This document shows positions 59,628-64,000 of a stretch of DNA of 64,000 bases, piece after piece; within the stretch, counting starts at the first letter, position 1, and every line of letters starts with the position of its first letter. The notes below the pieces were generated by a model that had not been told where the DNA came from, did no database searches, and saw nothing but the letters and a program-made list of their open reading frames with translations. The DNA lies in the NCBI GenBank assembly GCA_023920165.1, contig CP089276.1:3224001-3288000 (forward strand), in the 5' to 3' direction. Both the position numbers and the translations under genes were made by a program. Origin of the DNA: Curvularia clavata. Taxonomy: Eukaryota.

Positions 59628-61328
59628 ATGGTCACCACGGACGAGTCAAGACACCTGCATGGGCTGGTGGATATGGGGAGTAATGGGATTCGCTTCTCCG
59701 TCACCGACCTAACGCCTGAGACGCAGCGAGGATTACCCACTGTGTTTCTGGACCGTGCCGCTATATCGCTATATGACGCACAATACGAGAACGGCAAAGT
59801 GGTTCCGATACCAGATGCGACGGTTCGCCAAGTCATCAAGTCACTACTGCGGTTCAAGGCGACGTGTGAAGACTTTGGCGTGCCGGAGAACCAGGTGCGC
59901 ATTGTAGCTACAGAGGCTACGCGCAAAGCTGTCAATTCAGAAGAGTTCCGGGAGGCCATCAAAGCAGCTACAGGATGGCAAGTGGAGCTCTTATCAAAGG
60001 AAATGGAGGGTAGGATTGGCGCGTTTGGTGTAGCAAGCTCATATGAAAATGTCACGGGGTTAATGATGGATCTCGGGGGAGGGTCTACCCAGATCAATTG
60101 GATCGTGACGTCTAAAGAGTACGATCGAATCGACATGAGTGAGAAGGGAAGTGCAAGTCTACCGTACGGCGCTGCGGCGCTTACGAAGAGACTTGAGGAA
60201 GCAGGTCCCCATGGAAGCAAGGCCTTCAAGGCTTTTGAAAGCGAAGTGATTGCCGACCTCAAGGGGGCAGTTCAAGATATTAAGATACCCCAACATCTGC
60301 TGGATCGTTCCGAGTCGGAAGAGGGTCTTTCTCTTTACCTGTCAGGAGGTGGCTTTCGAGGCTGGGGCTTCGTGCTCATGTCGAAACATGCAGTCCAGCC
60401 GTATCCTATACCAATCATCAACGGCTTCCGGACAACTAGTGAGGTCTTCCACAACACGCACGCTGTCCAGGCTGCGGTACAGGAGACAGACACACCAGAA
60501 ATCTTCCGCGTGTCAGCACGCAGAGCCAGCCAAGTTCCTGCGGTAGCCTTCCTGGTTTCTTGCTTGTCGAAAGCACTGCCAAGCATCAAGAACGTGTACT
60601 TTTGCCAGGGCGGCGTAAGAGAAGGAATGCATTTTTCAGAGATGAACTCTGGATGCAGGTCAGATGCGCCTATAGTGAATGTAACCCGAGCACACGCATC
60701 AGTTTCGAGCTCGGAACTCCTGGAATTATTACGCAACGCCGCGGTACCTCCGCCATCATTGTCTCGCAAAGAGCTGTTCAGCAGCAGCATGATGAGGGCT
60801 TTCACGTATACCATGTTCGCACACCGGGGTCAAGTCAAAGATCTCCGCAGCGGATCTGCGCTCCGAAGCACTACGACGGGTATATTCTCTGCTGGACACG
60901 GTCTCAGCCACGAAGAACGAGCCACCCTGGCCATTCTGCTTTGTGAGCGATACGGGGGCTACAGCACAATCAGTCCTACGGAGCAGGACTTTTACCACCG
61001 AATGCTACAGCTCGTTCCAGAAGACCTGAGGTGGTGGTGCACGTATCTGGGCTGCGTTGCCGGAGTGCTTGCAAGCGTGTATCCTGCAGGAACGGTCCGG
61101 CAGAGTCGAGTCAAGGTGAATGTACAGTGGGCCCTTACGAAGAAGGAAAAGGAGAGGCTCTGCATTGATTTTGAGTTTAGCCAAGAGCCGGACGAGTTGG
61201 ACGAGGGACTGCATGCGGCGCTGCGGAGAGTGGAGAAGGTGGGCAAAAAGAAGAAGTGGATCGGAGGACATGGATACAAGGTGCTTGTGACTGTTAATGG
61301 CCGGGGATATGGCGAGGATGATGACTAG
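59628..61328 (+). CDS. RTG2: Ppx/GppA-family ASKHA protein, retrograde regulator Rtg2-like (566 aa)
   Basis: [73 protein letters not shown]. Confidence 0.88.
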   Translation: MVTTDESRHLHGLVDMGSNGIRFSVTDLTPETQRGLPTVFLDRAAISLYDAQYENGKVVPIPDATVRQVIKSLLRFKATCEDFGVPENQVRIVATEATRKAVNSEEFREAIKAATGWQVELLSKEMEGRIGAFGVASSYENVTGLMMDLGGGSTQINWIVTSKEYDRIDMSEKGSASLPYGAAALTKRLEEAGPHGSKAFKAFESEVIADLKGAVQDIKIPQHLLDRSESEEGLSLYLSGGGFRGWGFVLMSKHAVQPYPIPIINGFRTTSEVFHNTHAVQAAVQETDTPEIFRVSARRASQVPAVAFLVSCLSKALPSIKNVYFCQGGVREGMHFSEMNSGCRSDAPIVNVTRAHASVSSSELLELLRNAAVPPPSLSRKELFSSSMMRAFTYTMFAHRGQVKDLRSGSALRSTTTGIFSAGHGLSHEERATLAILLCERYGGYSTISPTEQDFYHRMLQLVPEDLRWWCTYLGCVAGVLASVYPAGTVRQSRVKVNVQWALTKKEKERLCIDFEFSQEPDELDEGLHAALRRVEKVGKKKKWIGGHGYKVLVTVNGRGYGEDDD

Positions 61329-62676
61329 ACATGGCGATATGATATGGAGTAATCGCGTACGTGGCTGTTGCAGACGATGGTGAGATTTACAAGCATGCAA
61401 TCGTGATGGCGAGGGAGGATGACCAAGTCGAGTTCAGGCCTGGAACAGGCTCGAGACGCTGTGTGACGGACAGCTGACACGGAAAGCAGCATCGTGACTC
61501 GGCACGGGCGGAGTATTGGTGATTACTGTGCTCTGCGAGGGCCTAGACAGCGTCGTGAAGAGCATGGCGACTATGGTGGAGGGACGAGCGGCAGCACGTG
61601 CCGCAGGGGCCCAGTCCGAAGGGGCCACGTACAGTCATGGAAACGCCGTGGAGAGCAGTGAAGGGGCGCCAAGGATCGTGAGTTCTGCAGGCGGCGTAGT
61701 GGCGAGGGAGTGGTAGTGGTAAGGGGGCCACTATGGTGCACGATCCTTGCTGCGCCCGGCTGGGGCAGACATGGGCGGGCAGGTGTGCGGGGACGGGCAC
61801 GCCATTCGCAGTCGGGTGACGTTCGCGCTCGGCCGCACTATGCGAAAACTCTGACGGATTGGTGAGGCTTTTTTTGGTCGTGGAAGAGACGTCGTGTTGG
61901 ATTGGGGAGAGGAGAGCTAATTACGTGACGCTGGGCGCTAGCGGCTCTCACCCTTGCCGGCTGTGGCAGATTCTGGGGAAGCTCGACTGCTCGGCTTCCG
62001 GCGGGACAATCCAGGTACGCCGCCATTGACATGCCGCACACTGTATATAAGACGCCGGCTCCCCGTCGCTGTTGTCGAGGCTGACTATCTCTTCAGCTTC
62101 GGCTTCGACGCCTCGCCTGTTTGTTTCTTCCGCTTCTTCGCCGTTGCTTTTCCCTGCAGCCTATCAATAGCAAAGTGGGGCCTCTTGTTGCTCAAACACC
62201 ACCATAAATACTTCTTGAAGCTATCTACAAAATCTTCCCCCTCCACCTATCGGTCTTGCCTTGATTGTGCCCGGCCGCTAGACAATCTCCGTCCGTACTA
62301 CGACCATCTCCGGGTTTCAAGCCAGGGACTGTCGAAAGAGCGGTGGCATTCTGCCCAATTGTCTCTGCAGTTGTTATCCGACCACTGCTTCTCCTACTAG
62401 AGGTCAGCTAGCGCCATCGTAGTCAGCCTCAGGCCCCAGAAGAGCGGTGGATCCACCCTTCACGCTCGCTGCTGTGTGACTCTGGCTCAAATACTCGTAC
62501 AGGTCCACTAATCTTGTCTTTAGTTTGACTCCGTAGACACGGCCGTGCCTTCCTCTCCCCCCTCTCTTCTCTGCCCCGCCAGCCGTCACACCTTGTCTCA
62601 TCATACTTTGGTCGCTTTTGTGCATTGCTACACAAACACCTCACCTCACCTGCTGCTCGTCCACAATTAGCCCACC

Positions 62677-64000
62677 ATGGCTTCTACACCAGACAGCACC
62701 AATGGCCAAGTGCCCCAGCACAAGCACCTCGAGCAGCTCCTCCACTCGGCCGACCGCCGCCCCTCGCCCCTGCCCACACATCTGAGCGTACCAGGCTCAT
62801 CAGGTCACTCGACCCCACGAATTCTTCCTCAGGAAGGCTTCGGTGGCTCTGGATATGTCGCCCCCGTCTTCGAGGGCAAGGAGAAGCAGATGGAGGCCGT
62901 CATGGACGGCGTCGAGGAGAAGGGCTTCATGCCTCCAGAGCTCGTCGAGTCCGAGACCAAGTGGTTCTACAACGAGCTGGGCATTGACGACATGTACTTT
63001 GCAACTGAGACTGTAGACGCGTAAGAATTGCCGCTTCCAATTCCTTACATTCACAATGCTAAAAATAGCCCCGCAGAATCGTAAACCACATCCACTCGCT
63101 CTATGCCGCAAAGGTCGCCGCCTACGCCAGAGACGACAAGCGTCTTGAGATCCGCCTCGACAAAGAGGCCCCAGACCATGCCGTTTACATCGATACCAGC
63201 AGGCCTGGTGTTTCTGTCATTGACGGCCCACAATACGAGCAGCGCATTGGCAAAAAGTACCTGGCCGTCTCAAAACCGGGACTCGCATACCGTGTCGAGA
63301 GTTTCCGCTCTGAAAGCCCACTTCCAGGCAGTGACGAGCAGCAGCTTCGATGCTACTTCGTCTACCAGTGCGACTTTGTAGACCCCAACCCGAGCGAGAC
63401 CGAGACCAACCTTGAGAAGATTGGTGACAAGCGCTTCTTGCAAAAGGCGACTGCCAACACAAAGGCAATTTACCAGCAGGTTCTCCAGGTCGCTGTCGAG
63501 CGTACTGGACCCGTCATTGACCACTTCGACATTGAGGGCTCACGCGATAAGCGCCTGGTCGTTGGTTTCAAGCGCGGAAGTGCCCTCGGTCTCTTCAGCG
63601 CCCTGAGTGATTTGTACCACTACTATGGTCTGACCACTTCGCGAAAGTACGTTGAGCAGTTCTCCAACGGATACACCGTCATGTCTCTGTACTTGCGCCC
63701 ATTGCCAGGCGCTGCGGGTGCCAAGCACCCTCCTATTGAGGCTTCGATCCACCAGATCACCAAGGAGGTTTCGCTCCTTTACTGTCTCCCACAAAACAAG
63801 TTCCAGACGCTCTTCGCCACAAGCAGGCTCAGTCTGCAAGAAACCATCTACGCACACTGTGTGTGGGTTTTCATCACTCACTTCCTCAACCGCCTGGGAA
63901 GCGAGTACACTGCCTTGTCAGCAATTCTGGACTCTGAGAACAGCGTGCATGCTGAACTCCTGGCCAAGCTGAAGCGAAGGCTACGTGCTGAGACATTCAC
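62677..64000 (+). CDS. GDH2: NAD-specific glutamate dehydrogenase (5' part); intron 63021-63076
   Basis: RRPSP..GSGYVAPVFEGKEKQM..WFYNELGIDDMYF..HIHSLYAAKVAA..LRCYFVY..RKYVEQFSNG..EVSLLYCLP..YAHCVWVF..FLNRLGSEY. Confidence 0.93.

Noticed and set aside
40411..61328. VTC4 plus Ppx/GppA as a polyphosphate cluster
   Set aside because: The genes are 17 kb apart with several unrelated genes between them. The Ppx/GppA protein looks like Rtg2, which is known as a signalling protein.

Overview
Gene-dense eukaryotic DNA from a filamentous ascomycete (short GT-AG introns with CTRAC/CTAAT branch sites; probably Dothideomycetes/Pleosporales, which is an inference). The window holds about 27 protein-coding genes and one intron-containing tRNA-Tyr(GTA). 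Most are housekeeping genes: a cellulose-synthase-like GT2 (partial), kinase-like protein, Ace2/Swi5 C2H2 factor, ubiquitin-S27a, prohibitin 2, L-type lectin, allantoinase, DUF1917, primase Pri1, GH20 hexosaminidase, CYP52-clan P450, His-rich CDF zinc transporter, Alg1, a Cys-rich GPI protein, patatin phospholipase, Vtc4, Gpn3, SAM synthetase, Vps62-like protein, a TFIIIC subunit, GNAT, Rft1, Rtg2/Ppx-GppA and NAD-GDH (partial). I saw no transposon, CRISPR or biosynthetic cluster. The most interesting signals are non-coding: (1) a 345-nt patatin intron in which one 20-nt segment can pair with either of two diverged repeat copies, overlapping a cryptic stop-containing exon (candidate RNA splicing switch); (2) a tRNA gene head-to-head with a TFIIIC-subunit gene (candidate autoregulation); (3) a 4-copy TATCGAG(T/C)AAC element upstream of allantoinase; (4) a GGGGTAA array upstream of RTG2; (5) a ~625-nt AUG-free GDH2 leader; (6) cross-intron complementarity in the SAM synthetase gene. 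All exon boundaries were inferred by eye.
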